Positions 1 to 14,292 of a DNA stretch of 64,000 bases are shown piece by piece. Both the position numbers and the translations under genes were made by a program. Within the stretch, counting starts at the first letter, position 1. Each line of letters opens with the position of its first letter. Under the pieces are notes generated by a model that saw nothing but the letters and a program-made list of their open reading frames with translations, searched no databases and was not told where the DNA came from. The stretch spans positions 35,408,401 through 35,472,400 of the forward strand of contig CM120641.1 of NCBI GenBank assembly GCA_051362555.1. The letters run 5' to 3'. Source of the DNA: Lingula anatina. Lineage: Eukaryota; Animalia; Brachiopoda.

Positions 1-1904
1 GCGCCAACTTACCACTGAAATACAAGTATTTATAAAAACAGAATAGGCATTTTGTAAAAAGACATTAGGTTTAGAAACCCGAAAACCGGGAGCACATGAG
101 CGCGTCATTTCGTCCTACGCTGTGATACACGCTTTTATGTAGCCTTGATACGTTTTGGTAAACTTTTAGATCACAAGAATGACCTATCGAACAATTTTGC
201 CACTGATACCAAAATCAGTAATATACGAAGGTAATGACCACTTAATGCTGAGTCATTAGAACCATTAGAGTGCGCATAACCATTAACAAATCTCCCATAT
301 ATCTGCTACTCCATCTGAAACATCCGGCCGAAACAATTGATGATCGTTCTGATGAAAAGACAGTTATTTCATTTGTCTTTGTCCCAACAATGCCCAAAGT
401 GGCGCAAAAATTCCTTAGCTCGGCTATTGACGTATTGTCAGTAATACCTTGCTGCACCATTTCAGTGACATTATGGTGCATTTCATCGCTGAGTAGCGTT
501 TTTTTTTTTTTGCCGTCTTATGCAATTGCCCACTCATTGCAAGCTGTATATCGCCTGTTAGTTACTGTAAAACGATCGCTGCATGATTGGTTTACCCTGC
601 CGTTGAAATAGTATCGTTAGTAAAACCAGTATATTCATATCTAATTTTCTTGCAGGACGACCTCTCACATGCAGTATATTCTCTGTTGAGTCAACAGCAA
701 TACCCAGATGGTCATATCGCTGTTATCCCATTGTACTATAGCCGTTGCATTATATTGCCTATAGTGTAACTTAAAAGGAGTGTATTTGTTCTAGGAAGAA
801 AGAAACTGGCCGACGGAGAACAGAAAATTATATTTAGTACATATCCCGTTTTTAAATATTTTAAAGCATTTACTGCGTATACGCGGAGGGATTTCGTGTT
901 ATAAAAATTCAAGTTTTGAAAAAGGAGGTCCAATTGTTACAAACTGCTTCTGGGAACTTCAGTGCATCTAAAATGATTGATAGTGTGTTCATGTTTTGTT
1001 TGGGAATACATGAACATTGTCGTGTCAAGTGGTTTCCCAAACTTAATTGTATTATAAGGTAGAGCAGACATTTTATTTTTCTTTGATGCTAGGAAGAAAT
1101 AAGACTAGTGATAGCTGTTAACACACAGTAAAGGGGATATACGATCATAGTGTGCGGGATATATAACCAAATATGGCAATCACCGGTGCAAAATATGCAC
1201 TTCCAGTGCCAGAAATAAAACCTCAAAAGTCGGAAAATGTCATATCACAGGTTAAAACAAGTATTTAATCAAATGCACGTATTTCTGTACATTCCCAGAC
1301 TCTTACTTTTCTCTTTGGACTGATATGACGCTAAGCGTTTGGTTGAAATTCCATTTTTCATGATACTGCTTTATACAATTCACCAAAGGGTAATCAACAG
1401 GCTGCCCCAGGGGGGTCATTACTCTAATCTTTCCACTTACGAAAACCCAAGTAATTTGCTGTAAACATTAACGTCTGAGTCTTCGTGGAATTAGGACCCC
1501 GTAGAGGCTGCATCTGCGGGAGCCATTAAACAATTAGATTTATCAAGACGCATTGACCTAATAGACCCATAGGGCTCTACCTTTCCAACTCCTGCCTTAA
1601 GTTATAAAAACATAAGCTTACTACTTAAGTATAGAGCAGACCAAAACTGTTCGGACATGAAGCTGACATTTTACTCACAAAGCTGCTTCATTCCAACTTT
1701 CTTTTGAGAATTTATATCTAAATTGGCAATTTCATCATTCACTGACTCAAAAAGTTATTCTTTATAGAGCACGAAAGTGTGACCAATATTCTGTAGGCAC
1801 TCTTATACCAAAGCAGAATAACCGTAAAATACTGTTTAAATTGTCAAGAGATTTTACTTAAGTTCCTTCACGTGTATAAAGAATATTGTTCTGTAACAAA
1901 TAAG

Positions 1905-1924
1905 CAAGCAAACAAACAAACAAA

Positions 1925-1959
<35 letters not shown>

Positions 1960-1972
1960 ATACATACATACA
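1905..1972. repeat. Compound (AAAC)/(AAAT)/(ACAT) microsatellite
   Basis: Tetranucleotide run is directly visible. Confidence 0.9.
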
Positions 1973-4900
1973 TAGGGCCTAAATAAATAAGTAAATGCAC
2001 CCCAGTCAAATGTCAACATAGTTTCAAAGGGAGAGGCAATAACATCGATTTAATTGAAACAGTAATCAAATACCGCGACAAATAAAGGCCCTCAAGAACC
2101 ATTAGAGCAAGCAACCTGAAGCAACCATCAACACTCCCATACTCCATTGCCCACTTTATTTGGACAGAAATTCTATTAAAACTAGGTTTCCGTAAGCGGG
2201 CTGAAAAATGACACACAGCCAAATGATTTACAAAAACCTATCCGTTCCTTATCGAAGCAGCTGCGGTACATGGCATTCCTATCTATCACTGAGAAGATAC
2301 TTTTGTTTCGATTTCCGTGTTGACGTAGGCCAATTTGTACAACAGGCAAAAAACATTGATATTTTCTCCGAGTCTCTTTTAGGTTTAAATATATATATAT
2401 ATAGCATAACAAACAAGAGTGTTGTGCAAGACACTAAAGGAACTTACCCTATGTTATGTAGGCGACTTGAGTAGTAAAGAAAACTGTTTTTTTTTTTATC
2501 GTGGTCAGATAATCTTTTGACTAATCGTTAACGTGTCACCGGGGGGTTCGGATTTTTTTGACCGAAGAAGTACGAGTGAAGACGTAGCGGTTTTTGTGTC
2601 ATACTGCGTCAAGCGTCTTCATTTGTAACCCCGTTGGTGACATATCGGTTCTTTATCTATTAGTCTTTACAACTAGGAACGAGCATACTGCGCATTGTTT
2701 ACTGGGTCCTACATGTAGTTTCCAACAAACGCTGGCCTAGTGCCAGCAAGATCCATTAGAGAATAGTAGATTTGTTTGATTTGAATGACAGAACGCGAGT
2801 TCAATAGGTAAGGATACACCCAAGTAAACTACTATAGTTAAATGATATGTCATAGAGCTCATAAAATCCATTATTTTTTTTTCACTATAGATGTTAGACC
2901 TTTGTGCGCTTTGAATTCTCACTATATATTACATAGGATCATCCTGCTACAGCCTGAATTACTTAATACGCCGGCTAATCGGGTGATTAAACCATTATTA
3001 TCGTAATTGTACTTGCTAAGTGAATAATTTATATAATCTGCTAATCAGGTGGATAGCGCACTGTTCAAGTGCGAAAATGAACACATTTGAATACGTTCGT
3101 TTTTAATGTAAGTGGCGATTCCATTAGCCATTATGGTACGGTTAATCTACAAATGGGCACAAATGTCCCCTTCATAAGTTCTGAACCATAAGAGTTGTTC
3201 ATCATTTATAGATGACAAATGGTGTTACATATAGCTAGTGTCATATTTAAATATTTTTTCAACGAATTGTACAGATCCATGCACAGATCCATGGGTAATT
3301 CAGTTCAAAATTCCCGGATGAAGGTGACTTTATAGATTCGGAATTATTGGAGTGCAATACTTGAAACTTAGCTGTCGAAGAAACTATTACACTTACGGAA
3401 GATTAGAGGGGGTTTCGCCACAAAGAGTTTTCACGGTGCCTCTCTTTTCATTCTTTCTTTTTTTTTTTTCAAAATGAATTATGTCTACCCATTACCCTAA
3501 TGGAACTAAGTTTGATTGGATGAAAAATGTAGCATCGATCTTAAAGATGAAATTACCTCTTATTTTCTCCTCCAACGCTTTGTTGATTATTAAAAACCTA
3601 CTCGAAAACCTACACACATTGTTGAAACCATGTATATGAGGAAGGCAGTCAATATCTATCCCTTCTTTGTCGTTTGAGGTCTTAGAAATCAGAGGGATCT
3701 TTTGGTGTCCCTTATTGATGCACAGTGCAGTAGTACTTGTGGAGTTGCCACGCCTGAAAGTGTGTTCAGTTATTTGACGCTTTGGACGACCAATTAAGCA
3801 TACAAGTCATCCCGCAATTCTGTCACATTTATCACTAGTTAACAGCCGTAAAAAATTAACGTTCGCAATAAAGTGCTAAAAGCACAGGGCTTCGGAATTC
3901 ATGAGATCGGTGTTTTTTTCAAGCATTAATCTACAGAACAGGTGAAAATGTGTTTCACGCATTAACATGATTGTTCCTTGTCGAATTTGGAAAATTTCCA
4001 CAGTTCTGTCTGTACGTTTCCTGATTAGTTTCCCGAAACGTATATCATTGGCAATGAAAAGGTTCGCGTTGTAATGAAAGACAATGGGAGCTTTTGAAGG
4101 AAACTTTCAATTATCTTAGTGGCCACCGCCATGCTGTATACAATATGTCGCAGTGTCCCACGGGACCTATGCTTTCAAGCCTTCTCCAACCAATCTAGCA
4201 CGTTGATAATTTTCTGTTTGTACAAGCTATGCCCATTATCCCTTCTAGAAAATTACTCATTAAGTTATGGGATCCTCTTAAAATGGACGTTAGTTAGTGC
4301 TACATAGGGCGTGGATATTTATAAGCCCATAAACAATGGCGCACATAGAGGCCTGTCTGTCCCAAGAGGTCGTCTGTCGACACAGTCACTAGCTTGCAAC
4401 GCGTGGCGGGAATATAGCAAGACGGGAAATGAGAACTCAAGGGAAACTTCTGCTGCAAACTAATCATTTGATGAATTGAGCGTCATTAAATGAATATTTT
4501 CTTTGTTCTAACTCAGTACACAATGGAGATTTACCTTTGTTGGTCGAACTGGTTAAGCTCCCTTTTCAGACAACAAACGAACTGCAAAATCTTCGACGGA
4601 TTTTTTGACACTTTATTTCAAAATTTGATGTGCACTCTTGACCTATTTTTTTACTTGAATGACTTACACAACAAAGTGTCATGACAGTGTAGCACAAACA
4701 CCATATAAGCAGCATAAAGCATCACATAAAACGCCAAACGAACCGTTAACCCACCAATATTAGTTGTTCACCAAAAGATTCACTACTTTGCAAACAGTCT
4801 CTACATATTTAATAACGGAGACACCTTGGCGATATCCATGATTTTTTTATTCAGTGGTAAATCGTGTGTGAATTCAAATTACCCATACCATACCTGAAAT

Positions 4901-5043
4901 GAACTCTCCTTATGTCTTCAGCAATTTCCATACTTTTTGACGTCAATTTTTGATCAAAGAAAGTATTAACAAAACAATTTTCTTAGCTTAAATTAATCCA
5001 GTTATAGATTAAAGCGCAAATTTTGATCAGAGGTGGTAATTTT

Positions 5044-5231
5044 AGAGCGCATTAAGAACAGTGGACTATGAGCTCCGCAGATCAAATATGGCGACCCACT
5101 AATCAAGCTTGCCGCTAAATTCAGGATTAGACACTGAATACCTTTCCTGTGGGGATTTCGCAACAAGCATTTAAGTAAGTCGGCCATATTTGATCCGCGG
5201 ATCTGTTAGTCCCCTGTTTTGAATGAGCCCT
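5044..5231. mobile_element. Degenerate MITE with ~50 bp terminal inverted repeats
   Basis: Left end agagcgcattaagaacagtggactatgagctccgcagatcaaatatggcgac resembles the reverse complement of the right end (agggctcattcaaaacaggggactaacagatccgcggatcaaatatggccgac). Confidence 0.6.
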
Positions 5232-6857
5232 GAGAATTTTAAAGGTAACATTTACGTTGAAAATATGAGTTTGAGAGGCTGAAAGGTAATGTAAGAATAG
5301 GCGTGATATAACACCGATTTCGCATTAGTACTTAAATCATAAAGCTCTTTTGAGACTTCATATATGACTCTTAAATGAAATTAATAAACAAGGGGCATTA
5401 ATCACTGTTGTATTTTTTTCGCTGTGAACTCTCAGTAGGACGCAAAACGTTCCGTCATTTCTCTTAAACCATCAAAGGGGTGTTTCAGTTTCGGGGGCTA
5501 TGGCACTCGTGGAATGACTTTTTCATCAATACTTGTTATCTTACTGGGAGGAAGGCATTATAGCGTAAGGACTGATGATTGACTCGAGTTCGCCTATCGA
5601 TTCCCTTCATCATTCAGTGAATCGATCAATACGCAGCAGAGACCCCTACCAGTGCTTCCCAGGTGTTAAGAAGAGTTCCTTTTTCCAGCTCAATATGATA
5701 AACGCCCTGTGAAGACTACAATAGCAATTTATGTCCTAACAAATATTTTACATTTGTTGACGTTATAATATGAACACCATTTTTTGAACTGGGAATTAAT
5801 GTCACCCATAGATACATATTCTTTTTGTACACAAAGCACTAACATGTAGATACTGGTAGAGATGCCCTAATTCCCAAATGCATTTCATAGAGATTTACCA
5901 AAACCGCTTCGTTTCTGTAATATCATAAGTAACCCACATGCTTTTGAATGTTTTGTGTGAAAAAAATGTTATTTTGACCTTTCTTTTACCACTATTCTCC
6001 TGACCAATTCCAAATTTGCAGTTAATAAATACCTTTGGGAATAAAGACAAGCAAAACTACTTTTTCTTTTTTCGGGAAAATATGAACTAGGCCATTGAAA
6101 TGTGTTAAGAGAGCCCGAGTGAAAAGCTAAAGTCAAACTAAGAATGGAAATTACATAATAGACACCTACGCACATGTAAGAGCTCCGGCGTTTTTTTCTC
6201 TCCTGAAGTCTTCCTCAGGGCACAAATACGCTAAAGTATAGTTTAGGTGCCTTGGATTGAAATATAAAATGTTTGAAATTGTGATTTATTGCGTAGACGA
6301 ATACGGGGGTAGGGGTGGGGTGGGGGGGGTGCAATTCCTTTAAAAAACTGTGTCGGGTTCAGCCATACATGTATATGCTCTTTGTTTTTATGGGAAACAG
6401 AATAAAAAGCAGCAAAACTCTTTCACATGTGTCTTCACTGCGGGAATGGAAGAGGGGGGGATAGAATTTAATTTGCTCCCCTTTTTGATATCCTGCATAA
6501 GCCGATGCATATTAACACTGCCAAAAATCTGTGCGTGTACGATGTATATTTGCAGGCAAGGCTGAAATCAAAACAGATTTTAAACCGCCTAGGCAAGGTT
6601 GAGATTTCAATCTCGCCTACGGGACAGTGCAATCCAAACTTCAGAGAAGTCGTGATTTAGTCAATAAGTCACATCTGCCCTAACAGACAGTAAACCTTTG
6701 AGATTTAACTGTATAATTTTGCATTAGTGGGAAACCGGTAACCATCACAAGTTTTGAAAAAAAAAAAAAAAACAGGCAATTACATTCTATGGATTGATGG
6801 TTCCGCAAGGAATTGGTGGCACTAAGATGAACATCACAGGTGGGAATTTTGCTGTTA

Positions 6858-7080
6858 TGCGCCATATTTGTCTTTTATTGAACTTTTGATGAGATATTGC
6901 TGTTTTTAATTTAATCTGGCCATCTGCCTTGGAAAGGAGACAAGTGAAATGCAACGTTTGCCCAATTCTCGGTCCTTTACAAGCCTAATATATGCCATAC
7001 TTGTCTTTTATTGAACTTTTGACGACATGTTGCTGTTTTAAAGTTAATCTGGCCATCTGCCTTTGAAAAGAAACCAAGTG
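6858..7080. repeat. Imperfect tandem duplication, ~130 bp unit x2
   Basis: gccatat/cttgtctttt(t)attgaacttttga...ttaatctggccatctgcctt occurs twice. Confidence 0.8.
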
Positions 7081-9199
7081 TTAGTCTCAGACAAACAAAG
7101 TTAGCCACATTTTCATTGAAATGACTTCCTTTGGAATAATTTATCGCCTTACATTGTCATGGACATATCCAAAACAAAAAAGACACTTGGGTAAAAACGG
7201 TTGTCGGTTGAAAACTGACAGTACGGAGCCTCATGCAGGCAGAGAAACGCACAGCTTCAAATTCATGCAAGTTAATTACTCTCAGTTTTAAACATATTTA
7301 TGCTTTCTGAAACCACCAAAGGTGGAGGGGAAAGACACCAACAACAGGTTCAACCATTTTCTCGATCACTGCAAGTTTACCGAACGGGGACTGTGCGATA
7401 TTGCCCACGGGGTTACCATAAAAAAATGTCCGAAAGTATTAGCATATTAGCATGGCAAAATCGTAGAGGCTACAGAGGCCGTGAATTTGTACGATTTTGT
7501 ACCATTTCGCAAGGTCCCCGCCTGCCTCCACACAGACGCCGCACGAAAAAGGTATTTACGGGCAGTATACGAGCACCGTATTGTCAAAATTCAATCATCA
7601 TCATCATCTCACGTCGCACGGACTTTCCTTGGTCACCTTAAAGGTTTCCAATTTCTAAAGAATTTGCAAGGATAAAATGGTCATCCTTATGGAACAATTT
7701 GATGAAAGAAGGTTGGGAATATCTTAACTACATGTTTATCAAAATTGAGATGAAAAGTAAAACAGGTTTTTTGCACGATATTTTCTCCGTGTAGAGAAGT
7801 TGGCATACTACTGTTCGACTGACTTAAGAGTGTTCTAAGACCACAAAAAAATATCAGTAAAACAATAAACCAAGTTGTAGTTCATTGATGGAAATGCTAT
7901 CTTCCTAATGTTCCGTACGACATATTCTCCTTGTCGACAACACTAGTTTCCACTTTACTTCAATTGGCAAACTACTGTACTGCAGATGCTCCATTTTAAC
8001 TGTATATTATACGTGTAGTGTCCCTAACCCAAATGTGCTTGATTGTACAATACACTATATAGTAAAACAACTTATATAACGATCAGAAATGGGAGACTAA
8101 TCGCACTGTCTAGAACAAATCAAATTAAATCACCACTTTGCTCATGTAACCGAGTCTTCATGTGCATTTAACAGCGTTACTTCTGTCTCCAAAGAAATAT
8201 CTTTGAAAATGCATTCCACTGTTTATTTATATGTTTCAGAAAACAATTGAGTTATTAGAAATCAAAATCAAGATGCACTTATTAACCCCAATTATCTCAA
8301 TGACTATTAAAAAATTATGTGAACCTAACTAAAAGGGAATCAATTAATACGAGATAAGGGAATAGAGATAAGGGATGATGAATGGCACAGTTCTCTTCAT
8401 ACGCGTAATGGAGAATAATTGTGCGAATAGGACGTTACATGCGAGCAGTTGGAGCTACATTGTGCAGTGGAGCATAATGAAGCTATGCACACCCAGAAAA
8501 TTAGTGGTACCAGTTTAAATGTCACCAAGAATCAAAACCCAATTCAATCCTACCAACAACTTGACCAGTATTACTAGACTGTCAGCTAGGTTTTCATTAC
8601 GCAGACAACATTTTCCCCGGTACCAATGCAAACAATTAGTGTTTCAAATTGGTTTGACATTTGCCAATTCAGTTTCTTGCAAATGTCACTGTGTTTACAA
8701 CATTCCCGTTGTTGTTTTTCATGACACATCACATAAACTAATTAAAAAAACACCAAAAAATTATTCCAAGAGTGTTATTTTTTTATATTTTGAAGAGGTA
8801 CATGTACAAAAACAACCAAGATGTAACCTATATCCATGCCACATGTCCTTTTTGTAGAGTTACCAACATATTTGGAACAAGTGTAAAGATGGAGTATAGA
8901 GTCATGTTGGTAGTACATATACAAAATTCGAATAGTGGTTTCAATGGCAGAGCCAGGGGCTGATCAACCACCCATTTTTGAAATTTTCACGGAAATATGT
9001 AGCTACAAGGGCCTGTTTCATTTTGACTAAATAGCAGAGATAATGTTGAGAAGATTGAACAAAAAGTATTCGGTGGAATTGAGTGATAATTAGGGCCTAA
9101 GTTAGAATTATTTTTGTGCAAGATGCTCGTTCAGTAAAATATTGAAAACAAGCGTTTGTATCAAACGATGACACTATTACGTAGAATATAAATTCAAAT

Positions 9200-9460
9200 A
9201 AAAAACCACCAACAGCTTGTCTAAATCGCGAACATCAACCAAACAAAGGCATACAGCACATAGTGTTTTTACTTCGATCCCAATTTTGAAAGTTTACAAA
9301 CCATCTATCAGATTAGATTTTCAAAAGAAAAAAAGAACAACACCAACGACAAGTCTGAATAGTCGGTTATCAACCAAACAAATGTACACAGAACATAGTG
9401 TCTTTTGTTTCGATCCCAATTTTGAAAGTTTGCAAACCACTTATCAGATTAGATTTTTCA
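9200..9460. repeat. Imperfect tandem duplication, ~135 bp unit x2
   Basis: atcaaccaaacaaa...catagtgt...ttcgatcccaattttgaaagttt...tatcagattagatttt occurs twice. Confidence 0.8.
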
Positions 9461-11817
9461 TTCTTTAAATATTGCCGTTCCACTGTCTTGTTTTTCAATT
9501 ACTACAACACAAGCACGTATTGTTACCCAAAACCATTATGTTGGTCCGCTTAGATTTTTTTGCTGGGACCGTTGTCTTAGGTAGGCCCAAGGCTGATAAA
9601 ATATTTAAACCTAATCAATACGCATCAATGGATGCAACAAGCTATGTTTGTGTTTCGAGGAAAGCTAATACTAGATTGCCTCGCAGAGGTTTAAGACACT
9701 GCCATCTAATATATTTTTAGGGTCGCAATAGTAGACGATTGTGTAAATCGATTAATTTTAAACACTTCATACACTCGCCACTTAAAAGTGTTTTGGTGCG
9801 TAACGTGCTATGCAGATGAGAACGGAATTGGATTATAAATATTGTATTGCGGCGACAGGTGAGACTTACACAAAAGAATTCACAAAAACGTGCATTAACA
9901 CGTTCTACTGCTTCGCACCTTTTAATTAGCAGGTTAAGATTATATATTCACGATAATAGGAAAGGTTCATCTTGTAAATATGATTCAGTTCATCCTCTCG
10001 AAATAATCGATACATGGTTGAATTGAAAGCCCGTGCGCAATAGTCAGTGACTTGTATGTACATTGTAGTTGTCCGATTATGTTGTAATGATAGGAGAATG
10101 ACACCATCTCCCAATCAGATCGTATCCCTATGGTTTTGACTACCCTAGCAAAAGACAAAGATAGTCTATTGACAGCTGCGTAAGATTATATCCCTGGCTT
10201 CAAGGCTTAAAGCACTCTAACACATTTGGGCAATGCGGATATTTGGTGCAGGATGACTTTACACATACTGTCCATTATAGTGATTAGAAGAAAAAGGCAG
10301 CCTATCTCCTTGCAAGTTAATGGTGTAATAATGCGTGTAGCATATCCACAGTCAAGACACGGGTGTACAGAGTGAGCTTGAAGAGATATATAGAGGCACT
10401 GAAACTGTTCGGTTCTAATTGAGGCCTACATACATATTGCATATACATAAATGCATGTACATGTGTGGGCTATTTCTGTTGGCCATATACTACCAAGTCT
10501 TTTTGGCATAAATAACCGTCCTCTTACGTAAATGTTGTGATGATGCTTACAATGAGAGTCATTTAAAGACCAGTAGATAGAAAAAAACATGAAAATAAAG
10601 AAAACACGAACACTTCACAACATAAATTTTAAGATCCAACAGATTTTTAATATTCTTTAAAGGTTATAAAAGGCAAAGGAAATTTAGAGGCGTTTGGTAA
10701 TTCATGACAAGATTTACAAGAAATGATACAGTATTTGATATAACAATGTGTAAATTTGCCTAAACGTAAAATTCTAATTCATTCTTACAAATGTCTGGAG
10801 ACTAAATTCTACGTAAAGAAAAAGAAATAAAAATAAACTCACTGCACTTGGTATTTTCATTTTAAAGGATTTATATCTTAAAATGTCTCGTGATCCTGTA
10901 TGGATGCTGTAACTTACCTCCTTGCCAATAACAAGGACTCCATTTCGCAGTCGTAGATAGCATACCAGTATCTGAGCGCATTGTCTTGGCACATCTGTAG
11001 CAATTAGACAGCACTTCTGACACATTTCAGGGCACAGAAAGCACCAGCATGCCACTGATAAAATTTTGTTTAAATGAAAGATGTCTTGACGTTTGCCTGC
11101 GCTTGCGAACTGTTCTGTTTGGCATGATGTCAAAAAAGTCTGTTTATTTTAGTCATTAAAAATTGAGTTAATGAGTTTTGGAGAAATGTATAATATAGGC
11201 CTATGTATAATATAAATCTACCAAGGGTGCCTGCACAAAATTTAAAAAGTGTAATATAAAAATTGCCAAAGAAGAAGAAGAACGTCTGGTTTATTTTGAT
11301 ACATATTATAACATTATACCGGGCTGTAAAAAAGTAGTCTTTGGTTAAAATATATATTAACTTCTGCTAGCATACCATTCCCGTTGGCGGGTGCGTACCG
11401 CGGTGGTTACTGGGAAATACTAGCGCGTGGGTTCTTTCAGATACATTTTATTTTTTTAATGATTTCAGAATTTACCACGTACCCCTAAAAGAAGAACGTT
11501 TTCACGTCATGGTAAAACCGATTGCCATTTTTGCATATGAAAGCTTACAGGCCTTCAGTTTAAAATGACTTTCTGAGGTTTGTGTGTTTACCGTTAGATA
11601 CCAATAAGACTTTTGACTTCTCCCTAAAAATGAAACGTATTTAGATTTTGACGGTAGGAACGGTGATTTATACAGTTTTTAGTAGAGCTTATCGCACTGT
11701 TTAAAAGAGGGATGGCTGATCAGGTCCTGTTTTAAAAATATTAACTATAGAAATGAAGACTAAAGGATCGTCTTAAAGGTTCCTATCATTTCTCACTAAG
11801 CTCTTGCATTGCCTGTA

Positions 11818-11819
<2 letters not shown>

Positions 11820-11877
<58 letters not shown>
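11820..11877. repeat. (TA)n microsatellite
   Basis: Directly visible. Confidence 0.95.
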
Positions 11878-11881
<4 letters not shown>

Positions 11882-12714
11882 ACCTTTGTGTTATAATAAG
11901 CAAGGGCCATGTGAGACGGCGCATCACGACCAATGGCTAAAATTTCATCTAGACTACCGGGTAGAAGGTTTAAATAGCGCCTTTGTTTTGAGTGGGGATA
12001 TCAGACCTTTTCACAAACTTTGGATTAATCTCTAAGTTTTTTATTTAAACCTGGTGCTAAACTGAAAGCAATTACGAAGGATTAACCTTGCCATTGTATC
12101 AATCATTCATACGTAAGCTACTTTTAAGCCTTAGCCTACATATGACAAAATATACATGAATAGGGTTTAATATAATGAATATACAAAATTCCATTTGTGT
12201 ATTCTTTTCTATCATTAGCATGTTGCAAAACCAATGTTTGTTTGCATTTCCGTCGCTGTAGGATGCACTTTATTGAGAAATCAGTGCGCTAACTTAAAAA
12301 CTCACACAGGTAGTTGACTCTTTTTTCAGTTATCGGACCGGTTCCTGTATTGAAAAGTATAGGGCCTAATGCTCGGACTGCGTTTTATCATAATCTGACT
12401 TTGCACCAATCTAAACGCACCGTCTTCATTTTTTTGTCGAATATTTTAAAAGAAAAAAAAATGAATGTTGCACGCATTGTTCCCTGTGTGAATTACAGGT
12501 ATGACATATACATGTATGACTTATTTAGTATGCCATTGTCGAATGAACTGTACTCCATTTCCATTTGCTGGGAAAGCAAAACAGTCATTGTAAATTATGG
12601 ATTGTATATTTATGATATAATGCATTTAGTCATCAATTGTGCTTTTTGTCTGATTTACGATTATTTTCCAAGAAAACCCCTTAAATCACATTGATCATGC
12701 AATGCACCATCCAA

Positions 12715-13491
12715 TTATTTCGATTGGAGTGCTTCCTCCCCTCCGTCCTTTACATCAGGTTTAATTCTTGGTGTCAAAGTTGCCACGGAACTTTCCTTGT
12801 GCGAGATCCTCTGGGAATCAGGGAGAGAGCACCGCCGGAGTTCAAGCCTACCGGGAGCACAGAGCCCCTCCGTGCCGTCGACTTGAATCGATTTTCTTCG
12901 CAGGCCGGTCGGTCTATAACGTTGCGAGCTATCTGCTAATACAAACGCATTATCGACGGGTTTATATTTTGTAGGGGTACGAATTGCGGGATCATCCGTG
13001 CGAGACACCAATTCCTTTTCGTCTTCACATCCACTTAAACCCTGTTCTAGCGGGGATGATTTACTTCTTTCGTGCGAACTGAGTTCACGTTTCGGTTCTG
13101 CATTCGCTTGATTCGATGACACTTTCTGGCCAATGTTGTTTTGTAAAGTCTCTCGTATTCCGTCTTCAATGCTTGTGGATATGCGATTTCTGTTCGCGAC
13201 GACATTAAATTCAAGTGACCGCCTCACTTCTTTCATTACAAAATCTACATTGTTGGTGCTGTTGGTGGGTAAACTTGCTCGTCTCCGTGCTACAATTGGT
13301 TGGTTGGGTCGAAGCGGATTAAGGGAGCGTTTTTCTCTTAATGGCAAGCGTAGATCATATCCATCTTTATTGCTTTCATTATCTGGTTCACTTTTTGCTA
13401 CAAGAGTCAACCGAGGTCCAAGATCGCTATCTGTTTCTGCGCCGTTACCGTCCTTCATGTTGCCGGCAATTGTGCTGTGTTGAAGTTCCAT
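12715..13491 (-). CDS. Uncharacterised, probably disordered Ser/Arg-rich protein (~258 aa from MELQ); single or terminal coding exon
   Basis: A stop-free frame of about 890 nt with higher GC than its flanks and hydrophilic composition. It contains RRASLP, RRKSI and RRCSLP motifs. A possible splice acceptor (tatatag) sits just upstream of the ATG at 13491. No family recognised. Confidence 0.6.
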   Translation of the reverse strand: MELQHSTIAGNMKDGNGAETDSDLGPRLTLVAKSEPDNESNKDGYDLRLPLREKRSLNPLRPNQPIVARRRASLPTNSTNNVDFVMKEVRRSLEFNVVANRNRISTSIEDGIRETLQNNIGQKVSSNQANAEPKRELSSHERSKSSPLEQGLSGCEDEKELVSRTDDPAIRTPTKYKPVDNAFVLADSSQRYRPTGLRRKSIQVDGTEGLCAPGRLELRRCSLPDSQRISHKESSVATLTPRIKPDVKDGGEEALQSK

Positions 13492-14042
13492 ATGCCCACT
13501 CCTCAGTCTATATATCACACAGAAGATATGTTTACATCTCATAAAGCTAACATCCTTGCTAATAGTTGTAGCCATGCAGCACTTAACGCCCATATCATAA
13601 AGAGACACTCGTTATTCATGAGCGACACAAGTGATTGAGAGGAGATGTTTCGCCTTGCTAAACCATATCTGGCGCTGACGTTTGTTCGCGAAATATAGTT
13701 GAACATAGAGCCCATTAATCAAAGAATGATTAGCACGTGTGCTTATTCTGGTCTGCTATCGTGACGGTTCCACATATTCATTATTTTCGAAAAACTGAAA
13801 TGGTTATCACTCGGCTGCACCTTGATGTGTGATCCATTATTAATTGTTAATTGAGCTTTGTTTCAAAATCGAGCATATGCCTTACCTAGCAATTTTTTAT
13901 TTTATTATTTTTTTTGTCACGTTCAGATTATAATGTTAGTTAAGAGATAGGGGAACACAGAAAGACAGAGAATGGGAAGATGTTGATAGGGAGAGATGTG
14001 TAGAAAGATAGAGGTGCATGATTAATTAGAGACGAGGAGTTA

Positions 14043-14292
14043 GGGACCATTCCCACATATATTTGGATTGATCTATCTCCCAGGGGAGTCGCACTAATTT
14101 GCTGTAAACTTAACCAGCTTAAACGTCTGTCACGTCTAGTAAAGTTGTTAGGGAGTAATTATCTTTACCCCCTAGCTGATTCGGTAGGCGTGACCGACAT
14201 TTAAGCAGGTTAAGTTGATAGCTATTTAGTGAGACTCCCCAGGGAGATATATCGATCCAAATGGATCGATCTAGGCATGGGAACCCAGTCTT
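14043..14292. mobile_element. ~250 bp dispersed repeat with internal imperfect palindrome, copy 1
   Basis: Reverse-complement match along its length to 45315-45561 (gggaccattcccaca...ctagctgattcggtaggcgtga...cccagtct). Confidence 0.8.

Noticed and set aside
165-735. Coding-like minus-strand stretch (ORF 242-481) with a hydrophobic tail in another frame
   Set aside because: Multiple stops and frame changes, and no recognisable family or splice pattern. It could be a decayed gene but cannot be supported.
6305-6330. G-run cluster able to form a G-quadruplex
   Set aside because: Such runs are common here (also ~32230, ~36270, ~55190) and often lie inside repeats. No functional context.
7300-7675. 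Overlapping 113 aa and 64 aa ORFs in a GC-richer patch
   Set aside because: No motif or splice support. Weak inverted ends (aaggtg...ggaaag) suggest an old repeat instead.
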